A stretch of DNA of 64,000 bases from Candidatus Woesearchaeota archaeon. Lineage in GTDB: Archaea; Nanobdellota; Nanobdellia; Pacearchaeales; GW2011-AR1. Position 1 is the stretch's first letter. Each line of letters opens with the position of its first letter. Below are positions 47,319-58,543 of this stretch, piece after piece. The DNA lies in assembly GCA_964372205.1 (NCBI GenBank), contig CAYJQB010000001.1, positions 13,180-77,179 on the forward strand, read 5' to 3'. The notes below the pieces were generated by a model. The model did no database searches. It was not told the origin of the DNA and was given only the letters and a program-made list of their open reading frames with translations. The position numbers and the translations under genes are program-made.

Positions 47319-48463
47319 GATTTTATAACTTTTTTAATAGTACTATTTAGTTCATCGTGTATCAAGTCTTCCCTAAATCTAGCTACACTCTTAGAAACCT
47401 TTTTTTTGTCCCATTTTCTGTCTAAAGCTTGAATTAGTTTCGATGAAAAACTTTTTATGTCGTAGGGTTCAGCCAAAAATCCGTTAACACCTTCTACAAT
47501 AGTCTCTTCGGGCCCAGCACCATCTTTCCAGGCAATTACAGGACATCCACAAGCCATAGCTTCTATAGGAGTAAGTCCAAAATCTTCCTTTGGAGCAGAC
47601 ATTAAAAAACATTCTGCAAAATTGTAAAGCTTAACAAGCTCTTCTGAGGAAACTTTTCCAAGAATTTTAACCTTATTTTCTAGTTTGAGTTTAGAAATAA
47701 GCTCACGTATTTTATTCTCCTCCTCAATAGTCCCAGAAATAACCAGTTCAATATCTTTTTTTTGCTCTGCAACTTTTGCAAATGCCATTACTGCCAAATC
47801 AGGTCTCTTATCTTTAATCATTCGGCCATGCAATAGTAAATATTTTTTCTTACTTCTTCCAGTATTCTTAATAATTTTAAATTGATTTGCTACAGAAGGA
47901 TAGATAACTTTGGGCAAGATGCCATAAATAGAACGAATTCTCTTCGCAGTATAGTTGCTATTTGCTAGAACAATATCTGCAGATTTGACGGCTTCAGTAT
48001 CTAATCTTCTAAGGAATCCTCCAAAGAAGACTCCTAGCACATACGCCAAAAGTCTTGGAACATTATTAACGTATTTGATGCTCCTATTGTATAAATATTG
48101 AGGGGGATGATGCATCATAACTATATAGGGTGTACCCTCAAGGAGTTTTTTCATTCGAGCCAATCTAGATGACATAAAACTATGACTTATGATAAGATCT
48201 GTCTTTACTGACCTAATTCTTTTAGGAAACAAAAGATACGACGCCAGTTTCATAACCTCATTTTTTCCAGATCCTAACTGAGAAATCTTTACATTCTTGC
48301 TTAATCCCAGACTTTCAGTGACCTCTTTATGATTTTTAGCCACGTATCCAAAGAGCATTTCAACTTGATAGTCCCTATTTAGATGGTTTGCCTGAAAGAA
48401 CATGACTCTCTCTAATCCGCCAATTTCTTTTAGAAAATCATAGGAGATAATTATTTTTTTCAT
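47315..48463 (-). CDS. Glycosyltransferase family 4
   Basis: GGLERV, ANS, EDFGLTPIEAMACG. Confidence 0.9.
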   Translation of the reverse strand: MKKIIISYDFLKEIGGLERVMFFQANHLNRDYQVEMLFGYVAKNHKEVTESLGLSKNVKISQLGSGKNEVMKLASYLLFPKRIRSVKTDLIISHSFMSSRLARMKKLLEGTPYIVMMHHPPQYLYNRSIKYVNNVPRLLAYVLGVFFGGFLRRLDTEAVKSADIVLANSNYTAKRIRSIYGILPKVIYPSVANQFKIIKNTGRSKKKYLLLHGRMIKDKRPDLAVMAFAKVAEQKKDIELVISGTIEEENKIRELISKLKLENKVKILGKVSSEELVKLYNFAECFLMSAPKEDFGLTPIEAMACGCPVIAWKDGAGPEETIVEGVNGFLAEPYDIKSFSSKLIQALDRKWDKKKVSKSVARFREDLIHDELNSTIKKVIKS

Positions 48464-49389
48464 CTTCTTAGTCTAAGGGTCCAACCTTTTTTAGTATTTC
48501 TAGGTTGAAAGATTGCAAAACCTTCAGCCAGAGCAGTCAAAAATATCCAAGTAAACACCAAAATTCCAGCATAAATTCCACTCTTGAACGAATTAAAAAA
48601 TATGTAAGGCAAAGACTTAGAGTAATACTCCGCATAACTTTTCTTCTTAGTCAATCCTGCAGAGCTAAGTTGTTTTCGAGCAATAGAAGTCCTAATTTTC
48701 TGTTTGAAGAAATCTCTTGGCACAATTTTGTTATATGAAACAACCATTCTTGGCATTTTAGGATCATCAAATATAGCTATCTTAAACCCTTTATCAAAAA
48801 TATGTTTCGTTCTTTCAAAGTCATCTCCAAGAGAAAAATTTTCAGAGTATAATTCCTTTCGGAATATATTTGTCAGGAACATTGTTGGCTCAGTAAGAAC
48901 CCTCATCTCAGAGTGTTGTTTAGTAAAATTATCTTTTTGAAATTTGAACCAATACAAAGAACTGTAAGAAACCATCTTAAACACCCAGTTACCCTTTTCC
49001 ATAGAGTCTTTGTTCCATTCAACTGGAAAAGACTCAGCTATTCCTCCAACTTCGGAATCCTCAAAAACACTCAAAAATTTATGCAATGACAAAGAGTCTC
49101 CAACCTTAAAAACCCAGTCAGCATCATTTATTATAATAATGTCTCCCTTTGACATTTTAACAATATTGTTTATTACTGCAGGCTTTCCGCTTCGGAGATT
49201 CAATTTGAAATACTTAAATTTTTTAGATTTTTTTGTAAATTCTTTTACAATCTCTTCAGTCCTATCAGTACAGCCATCTAACCCAAGAATAACTTCATAA
49301 TCCTTATAGGGAAGATTAAGCAAATTTTCTAAAGTTTTCCGGATTATTTTTTCTTCGTTATGCGCTGCAATCAGGAATGAAAGTTTCAT
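48460..49389 (-). CDS. Glycosyltransferase family 2
   Basis: IAAHNEE, DGCTDRT, NDAD, GDD, QKIR. Confidence 0.88.
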   Translation of the reverse strand: MKLSFLIAAHNEEKIIRKTLENLLNLPYKDYEVILGLDGCTDRTEEIVKEFTKKSKKFKYFKLNLRSGKPAVINNIVKMSKGDIIIINDADWVFKVGDSLSLHKFLSVFEDSEVGGIAESFPVEWNKDSMEKGNWVFKMVSYSSLYWFKFQKDNFTKQHSEMRVLTEPTMFLTNIFRKELYSENFSLGDDFERTKHIFDKGFKIAIFDDPKMPRMVVSYNKIVPRDFFKQKIRTSIARKQLSSAGLTKKKSYAEYYSKSLPYIFFNSFKSGIYAGILVFTWIFLTALAEGFAIFQPRNTKKGWTLRLRR

Positions 49390-50168
49390 TTAGGTATAAA
49401 CCCCACAAATTTATCATAAATTTTAATGAATCTTTTTAATGGCGAATTCAATATTCTCAGTCTTAGTATGGCCAACACCATCCAAGGACCAGCTTGCCAA
49501 AAGTTTATTTTAGAGTATTCTTTATCAATCCATACAGTAGGACAGGATCTGACTTTAAATCCCTGTTTTTTTAGAACATAAAGGAGATCGACATCGAAAG
49601 CCCATTTTGACATAGTAAGCTTTGGCAGAACCATTTCCAAAGCATTTCTCCTAAATATCTTGGCTCCACACTGTGTGTCTCCATATGGCAAAAGAAGGAC
49701 AGACCTAACTACAAAGTTAAACAACCTTTTAGCCAGAAGTCTTTGGATGGAAGGAGGCGGATAAATCTTGGAGTCTTTATGATATCTATCTGCTATCACA
49801 CCAGCAACCCCCTTCATATTTGTAATAAGCTTCCAATATTCCTCCGGAGAGGTAGCCATGTCAGCATCTACAAAACCTATAACTTCATACCCTTCCTTTA
49901 GGGATCTCTTAAAACCTTCAACTACTGCATATCCTTTTCCACCCCTAATCAACACCATGCAGTTTATATTTTTGTTAAGAGAAGAATATCTTTTTACAAC
50001 TTCCTGTGTTGCATCTTTAGTGTTGTTTATGACCACAAGAATCTGATACTCTAATATTTTTTTCTTTCTTAAATCCTCAAAAAAGATAGAATACTTTTCA
50101 AGAGTCTTGCCTATCCTTTTTTCTTCATTATGTGCCGGCACAATTATCGAAATTTTCCCAAATTCCAT
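49386..50168 (-). CDS. GT2 dolichyl-phosphate glycosyltransferase-like
   Basis: VPAHNEE, GKGYAV, FVDAD, DTQCGAK, WAFDVD. Confidence 0.88.
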   Translation of the reverse strand: MEFGKISIIVPAHNEEKRIGKTLEKYSIFFEDLRKKKILEYQILVVINNTKDATQEVVKRYSSLNKNINCMVLIRGGKGYAVVEGFKRSLKEGYEVIGFVDADMATSPEEYWKLITNMKGVAGVIADRYHKDSKIYPPPSIQRLLAKRLFNFVVRSVLLLPYGDTQCGAKIFRRNALEMVLPKLTMSKWAFDVDLLYVLKKQGFKVRSCPTVWIDKEYSKINFWQAGPWMVLAILRLRILNSPLKRFIKIYDKFVGFIPK

Positions 50169-50241
50169 GATTTTAAAGAAAGACTAACTTTTTTAAATAT
50201 ATATACAGTGGTTTTATATATCTAAAAAATCAAGTGAAATC

Positions 50242-52107
50242 ATGTCAGACCTAGTAAACAAGACTATAGACAAAATATTCGATATGAGGAAAGAAACATT
50301 TCTCCTTATTCTAATCTTTTTGCTTGCTTTTATTCTAAGGTTTATAGCAGCCATAAATGCTTCAGTTTCTGCAGACGACATGCATCATGTTATTCATGCA
50401 CTGAATTTTTTGAGCTCAGACAGACTAATTTTATGGGATCAATCATCAGGTCTATGGCATGCATTTACAAGCGTGATATATGAGGTTCTTGGAACAACGC
50501 AATTAGCTTCTAGGTTCGCCTCAATAATCTTCGGTTCATTAAGTGTTTTGTTAGTATTTTCTCTAACCAAGGAGTTCTTTAATGAAAAAATCTCCCTGAT
50601 TGCAGCATTTCTGCTCGCAGTGTCTCCTTTTCAGATTCTAAATACCATGGCGGAGATGGACATCATGGCAATGTTTTTTGTTCTAATTTCATTAGTCTCC
50701 TTCATAAAAGCCACGAAGTCAGAAAAACTCTCCTTATTTGCCACAAGCGGGGTAGCCATGGGGTTAGCGATATACACAAAAGTCTACCCTTTATTATTCA
50801 TTCCTTCAATTCTATTATTTTTCGTTTATACAAGACATAAATCCAAACAGAAAATTGTCAATTTTCGAAACATAAAATTTATCTTAATTTTCCTATTTGC
50901 AATTTTCATTTTCACAATCCCTGCTCTAACTCATAATTATCTATTATACAAGGACAAAGGATTTTTGGATTTGCAATTCACCAGAGCGCTAGGATTAGGA
51001 GAGGAGATTTCTAAAGATTACTACGGATGGACTGCAGATTTCCACACAAGGAACTCTTGGAAGGGATTGTTCTTTGGAGATGAAAGGCATGTTGCGGATG
51101 GGAGCCCGCTTTTACTAGCTGCAATAGGATTTGTGAGATTAAGGGACCCAATTGGATTCTATCTAGGGCTTCTAGGAATAATCTTAATTTTAAGCAGAAA
51201 AGAGTCCAAAGAGTATCTTGTCTTTTTCCTTCTAAGCATATTATTCGTTTTACCGTTTTTGGCATCAATAATCCTTTTACCTAAGCATTACTTATTTTTG
51301 GAGATATTGATGATGCCCATGGCTGCTCTTTCTATTGAATCATTTTCAAGCAAGATTAATAGAAACAAAAATTCAAAAAAATTGATAATTTTAGTGATAT
51401 TATCTCTATCTATAATCTTCCTTGGAGCTCCAGCCATAAAACACGTTTACCAGCCAAATCTTTATTCATTCTATGGAAAAAGTCAGATAGCGCAAATAAT
51501 TGATTTTAAAATGGATTCAATTTCAGAAGAATCTTTAATGGTGTCAGATTCTAGAATCTACAGAGGCAGAGTTCATTGGACATCCTTAGGAAGACCTTAT
51601 TTGGAAGGAGTTCAGTTCATTGAACTGTTAAATCAACAGGATGACATACCTGGAAAAGTATTGTCTCAAAAAGTTTACTATATTGAGTGTGTTCTGGATG
51701 ATTGTGGCTGGGGAACAATTAAATACCAGCCAGAATTCAACGCATCTATGGAAACTCTGACAGATTTTTTCATCCAAAATGGAAAACTTGAAAAGGTGAT
51801 AACTGAGCCTTCGGATTCAAAAGTTTTCTACCCTCTTATATCTTCTAACAACAAAAGAGAAGTAATAAGAATATACTCTCTAGATATTCCAATAAAAGAA
51901 CAGATTATTCAGTTTGCTAAACAGCCTAAGGAGTGGTTCTTATATTCTGTAGGATTCTCACCAAAAGAAAAACAGTTCGATTATTACGAAACTAACAATG
52001 CCTTAGATTCATTCTTAGACATGTTAGCTCATTGGATAGTGAAACTGGCAGTTATTTTGGCTTTCATAAGTCCAATTTTTGTAATTTATTTAATAGTTAG
52101 AAAATGA
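50242..52107 (+). CDS. GT-C fold glycosyltransferase (PMT/ArnT-like)
   Basis: SADD motif after TM1, ASRFASIIFG, GLAIYTK; multiple TMs. Confidence 0.8.
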   Translation: MSDLVNKTIDKIFDMRKETFLLILIFLLAFILRFIAAINASVSADDMHHVIHALNFLSSDRLILWDQSSGLWHAFTSVIYEVLGTTQLASRFASIIFGSLSVLLVFSLTKEFFNEKISLIAAFLLAVSPFQILNTMAEMDIMAMFFVLISLVSFIKATKSEKLSLFATSGVAMGLAIYTKVYPLLFIPSILLFFVYTRHKSKQKIVNFRNIKFILIFLFAIFIFTIPALTHNYLLYKDKGFLDLQFTRALGLGEEISKDYYGWTADFHTRNSWKGLFFGDERHVADGSPLLLAAIGFVRLRDPIGFYLGLLGIILILSRKESKEYLVFFLLSILFVLPFLASIILLPKHYLFLEILMMPMAALSIESFSSKINRNKNSKKLIILVILSLSIIFLGAPAIKHVYQPNLYSFYGKSQIAQIIDFKMDSISEESLMVSDSRIYRGRVHWTSLGRPYLEGVQFIELLNQQDDIPGKVLSQKVYYIECVLDDCGWGTIKYQPEFNASMETLTDFFIQNGKLEKVITEPSDSKVFYPLISSNNKREVIRIYSLDIPIKEQIIQFAKQPKEWFLYSVGFSPKEKQFDYYETNNALDSFLDMLAHWIVKLAVILAFISPIFVIYLIVRK

Positions 52108-52811
52108 AGATAAGTATAATCGTGCCGGTTTACAATGAAGAAAAAACGCTAGCAAAAATCTTAGACAAGCTAGTTTCAGTAGACCTAAATCTCAAAAAGG
52201 AGATTCTTATAATAGATGACGGCAGCAAAGACAATACTAAGAAAGTCGCATTAGATTATATAAAAAAGAAAAAACAAAAGAATATCGAATTCAAATTCTA
52301 TTTGAAAAAAAATGGTGGAAAAGGGTCTGCAGTTAGGCAAGGCATAAAACTCGCAACAGGAGACATAATAACAATACAGGATGCTGATTTAGAGTACAAC
52401 CCTGAAGATTATAAACTTTTGATAACGCCAATCATTAATGGAACTGCCTCAGTAGTTTATGGTTCAAGAATGTTAAATAAGAACAACGAAATTGGTTATT
52501 TTGTGTATTATCTTGGAAATAAGTTTCTAACTCTTTTAACTAAACTATTATACTTTTCGGGGATTACCGATATGGAAACTTGCTATAAGGTGTTCCGAGC
52601 AGACATAATTAAGAGCATACCTCTAAAATCAAATAAATTTGATATAGAGCCAGAAATAACTGCTAAAATTCTAAGGAAGGGGGTAAAAATAAAAGAAATC
52701 CCCATTTCCTACAGCCCAAGGACAATAGAGGAAGGAAAGAAGATTAATTGGAAAGATGGTTTACATGCCATATTGGTTCTACTTAAATGGAGATTTGCAA
52801 AATGGAACTAG
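52104..52811 (+). CDS. GT2 polyprenol-phosphate glycosyltransferase (DPM1-like)
   Basis: VPVYNE, DDGSKD, QDADLEY, TDMETCYK, EGKKINWKDG. Confidence 0.9.
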   Translation: MKISIIVPVYNEEKTLAKILDKLVSVDLNLKKEILIIDDGSKDNTKKVALDYIKKKKQKNIEFKFYLKKNGGKGSAVRQGIKLATGDIITIQDADLEYNPEDYKLLITPIINGTASVVYGSRMLNKNNEIGYFVYYLGNKFLTLLTKLLYFSGITDMETCYKVFRADIIKSIPLKSNKFDIEPEITAKILRKGVKIKEIPISYSPRTIEEGKKINWKDGLHAILVLLKWRFAKWN

Positions 52812-53617
52812 ATATCCTAAAAAAGATAACTCACAGATCCAAAATATTATTATCTTTAGTCAAAGATTCATTCTATATTTGGAAATTTTCAGACTGGATT
52901 CAAGTATGGTTCACAAATAGACGAAAGGAAATTACAATCAAGGGGCTTAAGTTCCAGATTAGAAATCACAATTATTTATCCAAAGTCACAGATATAGCAA
53001 TGATTTTCGAAATAATTCATTTTAACCACTACGGAATATGTGACATAAATCCAAAAGACATAGTAATAGACATAGGAGCTCACATAGGCAGCTTTACTCT
53101 ATTAGCATCAAAAAAGGCCAACAAAGGCAAAGTTCTTTCGTATGAACCTTCTCAGGAATCTTTTAAATTATTAAAAGAAAATGTTAAAATAAACAACGGA
53201 AATAATATTATTCTTCATAACGAAGCGGTAGGAAAAAATTCTGGAGAAGGATATCTCTTCCAGCATAAAAACAACGCAGAAAATTCCCTATATAAAAAAT
53301 CCAATAATAAAAAAAAGATTCATTTAACAACTCTTGCAGAAATATTTCGCAAATATCAATTAAACAAGTGCGATGTGCTAAAATTAGACTGTGAAGGAGC
53401 AGAATATGATATTCTCTTCTCTTCGGGAAACCAATTATCCAAGGTTAAAAAAATCATATTAGAATATCACGAACCAACATACTTTGGAATCGATAATAAA
53501 TATAGCGTAAATTCCTTAATGGAGTTCCTCAAAAAAAAAGGTTTCAAGGTTAATGTTACTAAAGACACTCATTACCAAGGAATAATTTACGCACAACAGA
53601 CTAATCTCTTAAGATGA
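52802..53617 (+). CDS. FkbM-family methyltransferase
   Basis: IDIGAHIG, YEP, LKLDCEGAEY, EYH. Confidence 0.9.
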   Translation: MELDILKKITHRSKILLSLVKDSFYIWKFSDWIQVWFTNRRKEITIKGLKFQIRNHNYLSKVTDIAMIFEIIHFNHYGICDINPKDIVIDIGAHIGSFTLLASKKANKGKVLSYEPSQESFKLLKENVKINNGNNIILHNEAVGKNSGEGYLFQHKNNAENSLYKKSNNKKKIHLTTLAEIFRKYQLNKCDVLKLDCEGAEYDILFSSGNQLSKVKKIILEYHEPTYFGIDNKYSVNSLMEFLKKKGFKVNVTKDTHYQGIIYAQQTNLLR

Positions 53618-54800
53618 CTATAGTCCCCCAAAGAAAAGCCGCAGAAGCAGTAACGAATGCTATAGAAAACTGGAAGAGATTAGCAGAGAAATAGTAAAGC
53701 AAGAATACTTCCAAAATCAAGAAGACAGGAAGGTACTGATAATTCTTAACCTTTCCCAAGGATAATTTATATAACAAAACAAGATTGTTTATAGAAAGAA
53801 ATACAAATCCAATTGAAAGATAGAATAAAATAGATGAGGACTCTAGAATAACTTTCCCTGAAAAAATCCATACTATAAATGATGGAAAGAAAAAGAACAA
53901 AACGAGTCCAATAAACAGCGGCACAATAAGGAGTCCGAATGCGTTGTAGAAAACACCTTCAGATTTATTTTTTTTCAGTTCATTCTCAGAGGATATTGGA
54001 AACATGGCTCTACTTATGGGCTGAGTGCCAAGAAAGATTGTTTTTGCAAGTATTGATGCAATAGAGTATGCACCTGCCAGCCCATCGGAGAACACTATCT
54101 TTGCAATTATAACATCGATACTATAGAATGCTAATATTGAAAAGATGATTATAAAAGAAGGCAAGGAATATTTCTCCTGCTTTTTGATATGTCCCGACTT
54201 TGAACTCATTATATCCCCAAGGCTGACAAATGAAAGTGCCAATGCAGTTCCTGTGCCAATTAATGTGCCAATTATTGCCCCATAAACCCCCCATCCTAAG
54301 AATACCAAAATAAGAGATATCACAAGTTTAAATGCAGATTCAGAAACCATGTTTGCTCCTAAAGCGCGAAATCTCTTCTTGCCTTGGATTATTCCCCTAG
54401 TCAATGGTAAGGAAAATGCTAAAAATATCATCAACCCATTCAAAAGCATCAAGGGATAGTCTATCTTCATTAAATCAGATATCTTTATGGTAGCAATAGC
54501 ATAAAGCATGAAAATAACGAGAGAGTAAACGAAAAATTTCTTTGAAGATGCCTTTAGCATGCCCTTTATTTTACTTTTATTTTGTTCACCAGAAGAAAAC
54601 TTAGTAAAAACTAACTGGATAGATTCAGTAAATATCCCGAGCATGTAAATAATAGCATATAATGCAGAAAGTGTTCCGAATTCTTCAACTCCAAGAAGTC
54701 TAGCCATTGAGAAATGGAACATGAAATTTAGAAAATTGTAAATCCCAAAGAATATCAATAAAACTACACTTCCTCTGATTAATATTTTGTCCAACTTCAT
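53601..54800 (-). CDS. Oligosaccharide flippase (Wzx-like)
   Basis: MARLLGVEEFG, GWGVYGAI, IDVIIAK, AGAYS; about 12 TM. Confidence 0.85.
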   Translation of the reverse strand: MKLDKILIRGSVVLLIFFGIYNFLNFMFHFSMARLLGVEEFGTLSALYAIIYMLGIFTESIQLVFTKFSSGEQNKSKIKGMLKASSKKFFVYSLVIFMLYAIATIKISDLMKIDYPLMLLNGLMIFLAFSLPLTRGIIQGKKRFRALGANMVSESAFKLVISLILVFLGWGVYGAIIGTLIGTGTALALSFVSLGDIMSSKSGHIKKQEKYSLPSFIIIFSILAFYSIDVIIAKIVFSDGLAGAYSIASILAKTIFLGTQPISRAMFPISSENELKKNKSEGVFYNAFGLLIVPLFIGLVLFFFFPSFIVWIFSGKVILESSSILFYLSIGFVFLSINNLVLLYKLSLGKVKNYQYLPVFLILEVFLLYYFSANLFQFSIAFVTASAAFLWGTIVILRD

Positions 54801-55792
54801 TTTACAAAAAATGCAAATACTATTGCAATTATAACAACTTGGAACAGCCAAATAGAATAAACAACTCTTCTCTCCGTTGGTTTAATTCCAAACTTTTTCA
54901 TCAACAGGATTGAAAGATGATTAAGACTATAGATTTTAGAATACTTAAGATCCAGCGTATCTTCTCCAACAGGCTTCGCGAAAGACTGTTTAACTAGCCC
55001 GCCTCTAAGCTTCAGAATAGTTTCAATTATGTAAGGTATAAAAAGCAAAATTGCTACCTTCTCAAAGTTGCCCAAGATAGCAAATATTGCTATGAGGCCT
55101 CCAAGAGGATAAGTCAAAGTATCGCCAGGGAATACTTGTGCAGGATAGATGTTATAAAAAAGAAACGCTAACAAGGCGGCGACTATAATAAATCCTATCA
55201 AAGCAAGCCAAGAGTTTCCAGTGGTATAAGCAACTAAAGAGAGCGCTGAAATCAAAATGATTCCTTGGCCAGCTTCCAGTCCATTGAATCCTGCAAGAAA
55301 GTTGAAAGTTGTAGATGTTGCAATTACACCGATAGGGATTAAGATTAAAGGATATAACAGCCCAGAATTTATTTCTCCAATAAAAGGGACAGAAAAAGCG
55401 CTATGTCCTGCGTTTATGACCATCAAGGGAACTGCAGCAAAAAAGCACAGAGCTATTCTAGTTCTTCTTCTTAATCCTATTTTCCATCCGAGAGAGTCAT
55501 CTATAAGTCCTATCATTGCCAATATCAACAGACTTGTGGTAATCGCAAAAATCTCAATCAAATTAGAGCTAGAGTCAAATAAGAATTGGACTATCGCCAC
55601 ATATATGAGTATTCCTAGAATAAATGCTGTAACCGTCACAATTCCTCCAGTCTCAGCAACTTGAGTTTCTCGGTATTTGTTCATGTCTTTTCCTACAAAA
55701 CCGAATTTTGTAGCCTTCTTTATCCAGAATGGCATAGCAAGAAGACTAATTAAAAAGCTTATCAAAATAGGGAGCAGAAGCACCCAGTTCAT
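54797..55792 (-). CDS. UDP-GlcNAc:dolichyl-phosphate GlcNAc-1-phosphotransferase (AglH/Alg7-like)
   Basis: GKDMNK, ETGG, GLIDD, NFLAGFNGLE, VFPGD. Confidence 0.88.
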   Translation of the reverse strand: MNWVLLLPILISFLISLLAMPFWIKKATKFGFVGKDMNKYRETQVAETGGIVTVTAFILGILIYVAIVQFLFDSSSNLIEIFAITTSLLILAMIGLIDDSLGWKIGLRRRTRIALCFFAAVPLMVINAGHSAFSVPFIGEINSGLLYPLILIPIGVIATSTTFNFLAGFNGLEAGQGIILISALSLVAYTTGNSWLALIGFIIVAALLAFLFYNIYPAQVFPGDTLTYPLGGLIAIFAILGNFEKVAILLFIPYIIETILKLRGGLVKQSFAKPVGEDTLDLKYSKIYSLNHLSILLMKKFGIKPTERRVVYSIWLFQVVIIAIVFAFFVK

Positions 55793-58503
55793 TACGCGCT
55801 CCTTATCTCTTCAGGGTACTTTGTCTGAAGAAATTCTGCTCTGAACTTAACATCATTAGAATAATCAATCTCCCATATTTTTATGGGCCCTCTTGCTCCT
55901 TGGAAATAAACGAAATCTCCTACTTTCAAACCCGATTGGCTTTCTAATTGCTTTATAAGGAAATCTTTTTCTTCGTGAACTAAACTGAATCCTTCTACAT
56001 CCTCTTCAAATAGATACAGCTTAGCAAATTGGCTGTGGATAGTTCTTTTACTGAGAAATATCATAGCTCCCGACTCATCATAATCCATTCCACCACTACT
56101 TTGAGATAATTGTGGGAAGATGAATGCACCAGCATCCAACCCCTCACCTAAATCATACATAGTTCCATTGAAATGGATATATCTTAATGGCAGATTATAT
56201 TGGGTTCCTCTGTAAACAAAAATCCCTTCTGCACTATCCACTTTCTGGTTCTCATCAAAACCAACTACAACTCCTCCTATGCCTGCAATATTATTATTGC
56301 TATAATCTCCTTTAGATCCCGGCAAGAATATCTGAGTGCCATTTAGATTGTATGATAAATCTTCATCAAGGATGGTTCCTCCAAGATACAAGTATTTTGT
56401 AGAATTTTTGGCCTCAAATGTCCTAGACGAATCTTTCAAGAAAATACTCAAATAACTTGCCCTGTCATAATCTTTATCAGATCCTATCAGCGAGTATGCA
56501 GGATATTTACCTATGTCGCTAGAATCTATCAAGAAATGAGTAACATTATGAGCGTACAAAAATTCAAGAGCTGCCTTTTCATCATTTCCAGTCAAAGCAT
56601 ATCTTCCCATAAGATGATTCCAGTAGGATACAGAGTTTCCTCCATCAAGGACAGTAGCTCTTTCACCTATAGACTGTAACCAATATCCATAATCCCACCA
56701 ATGTGCAAAAACAGATTCTTGAGGAGTATTCTCTCTTACCCAAGCCATTGCTTTTTGCCATTGTTGATTATATGCAGACGGCACATAAGAGCTTGCTTGA
56801 GAAGCGGAAACTTGATAAAAGTAATATGCAGAGAATAGAGATGCAAAAAGGACTATAGCTGCAATTATTACCGAAGCAACTTTCTTCTGTTTCTGCTGAT
56901 TTACTTGTTGAATAAGACTCATCAAAAAGAAACCTACGACTATGCTTGCTGGGGGAACTAAGACCATTACAGTTCTTACTGCAGCCTTTGCAGAAATCAC
57001 TCCAAACAAAAAGAATACTATGAGGATGATTATTCCAATTCCAACTTTTTTGAACTCATCCATCCTTTGAGTTTTATAGTACTTATAATAATAAAATCCT
57101 ACTGCTCCTATCAGAACACCAAAGCCCAAAATATACAAACCGATACTAGCAAAATTCTCACCATTTAACAGGCTACTTGAGGAGTATCTCCCGAAAATAA
57201 AGCTTAGAAGGAAAATCACATAAGCTGAAGTCATTATTAATTGCTCTTTCTTTTTCATGAAGTTCAATGTCAAATACACCAAAAAGATTGAGCCTACGAA
57301 AAATAGCCAGAAATAAACAGGTATTCCATTATAAATTGGGCCAAAACTACTAACCCATTCTTGGAAGTATGGTTGTCTATTTTCAGCAACCGTCTGAATA
57401 AGCCGAGTAGTAGCTGGCTTTATGAACACATCTTTAATGTCAATTATTCTAGATATCAGTTGGGAAAAACCATAAGCTACACTAAACAATACTGCTCCTA
57501 AAAATCCAGAGATTATGGTGGAGGTTACTTCCTTAGGAAATTTCTTAATTGTTGGATTATCAAAATATCTTTTTAGTTTTGTTTCAAAGAACACGTAATT
57601 GAGTGCCATGGTGAAGAGCACCCCGAAAGCGATTGCAGTTGCTGTTGAAGCAAAAATACTTCCAAAAATATATTTGTGAGTCATAACCATTATAGAGGAT
57701 GAAGTTATCAGCCAAAGACCATAAACTATTGTTTTTTCCAGGTTGACACTTCTTAGGATAAATGCTATAAACACTGCAGGTGCAATAACTAGGAAGATAT
57801 ACACATAACCTCCCCATATAGATGCCATCCCAGCTGTAGCCAATCCAGAAAGAATAGCAAATACATATTTGGCATATTTCTTCTCAGACTCCCAGCCAGA
57901 GATAAACAGATATAAAGCCATAAACAGGAAGAAAAATGCCGCGGACTCTTTTTCAGGTATGCCTGCAATAGTTCTAGGTAGGAGAGCAGGAATTATTGAA
58001 AGGAATAAAGCCGAGATAAGTCCGACACCGTTTGCGAACTTAACTCCATATTTTTTTAGAAAAATTCTTCTTGCAAAAAGAAAGAAAGCTATTACTGTTA
58101 TTGCAAAAAAGAAAACCGGATACAACACTGCTGATTGAGTCACAGACTCACTTCCAAAAAGAGATATTACATTGTGAAACCACGCAATCATATAAGGGTG
58201 AAGAAGATATTCATGACCAGTCTCAAAACCTAACGGAACATACCTCATGGTGTCTAAAGCCATCAAACTTCCATTTTCAACAATATATTTTGCCCATCTT
58301 AGAAAAAGAAATGGATCTAAATCCGGCCCCAGCGTCCAGGTGCCTGTAGTTATATCCTTTAACCCATAAAGATTCAATGTCCTTATTCTTACCGCTAAAA
58401 AGACTATAACTGCCAGCAAGACATAAGTAAAAAGATGATATTTTTCTTTAATAAACTTCAAAAACTTCCTTTTTCTTTCAAGAATATTTCTGTCTTCATC
58501 CAT
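55792..58503 (-). CDS. aglB: Oligosaccharyltransferase AglB (STT3)
   Basis: DPF, TVAE, WWDYG, DIGK motifs; 903 aa multi-TM. Confidence 0.95.
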   Translation of the reverse strand: MDEDRNILERKRKFLKFIKEKYHLFTYVLLAVIVFLAVRIRTLNLYGLKDITTGTWTLGPDLDPFLFLRWAKYIVENGSLMALDTMRYVPLGFETGHEYLLHPYMIAWFHNVISLFGSESVTQSAVLYPVFFFAITVIAFFLFARRIFLKKYGVKFANGVGLISALFLSIIPALLPRTIAGIPEKESAAFFFLFMALYLFISGWESEKKYAKYVFAILSGLATAGMASIWGGYVYIFLVIAPAVFIAFILRSVNLEKTIVYGLWLITSSSIMVMTHKYIFGSIFASTATAIAFGVLFTMALNYVFFETKLKRYFDNPTIKKFPKEVTSTIISGFLGAVLFSVAYGFSQLISRIIDIKDVFIKPATTRLIQTVAENRQPYFQEWVSSFGPIYNGIPVYFWLFFVGSIFLVYLTLNFMKKKEQLIMTSAYVIFLLSFIFGRYSSSSLLNGENFASIGLYILGFGVLIGAVGFYYYKYYKTQRMDEFKKVGIGIIILIVFFLFGVISAKAAVRTVMVLVPPASIVVGFFLMSLIQQVNQQKQKKVASVIIAAIVLFASLFSAYYFYQVSASQASSYVPSAYNQQWQKAMAWVRENTPQESVFAHWWDYGYWLQSIGERATVLDGGNSVSYWNHLMGRYALTGNDEKAALEFLYAHNVTHFLIDSSDIGKYPAYSLIGSDKDYDRASYLSIFLKDSSRTFEAKNSTKYLYLGGTILDEDLSYNLNGTQIFLPGSKGDYSNNNIAGIGGVVVGFDENQKVDSAEGIFVYRGTQYNLPLRYIHFNGTMYDLGEGLDAGAFIFPQLSQSSGGMDYDESGAMIFLSKRTIHSQFAKLYLFEEDVEGFSLVHEEKDFLIKQLESQSGLKVGDFVYFQGARGPIKIWEIDYSNDVKFRAEFLQTKYPEEIRSA

Positions 58504-58543
58504 ATTTATCTTATAAAATTGGCTTATATAAATCTTCCATTTC

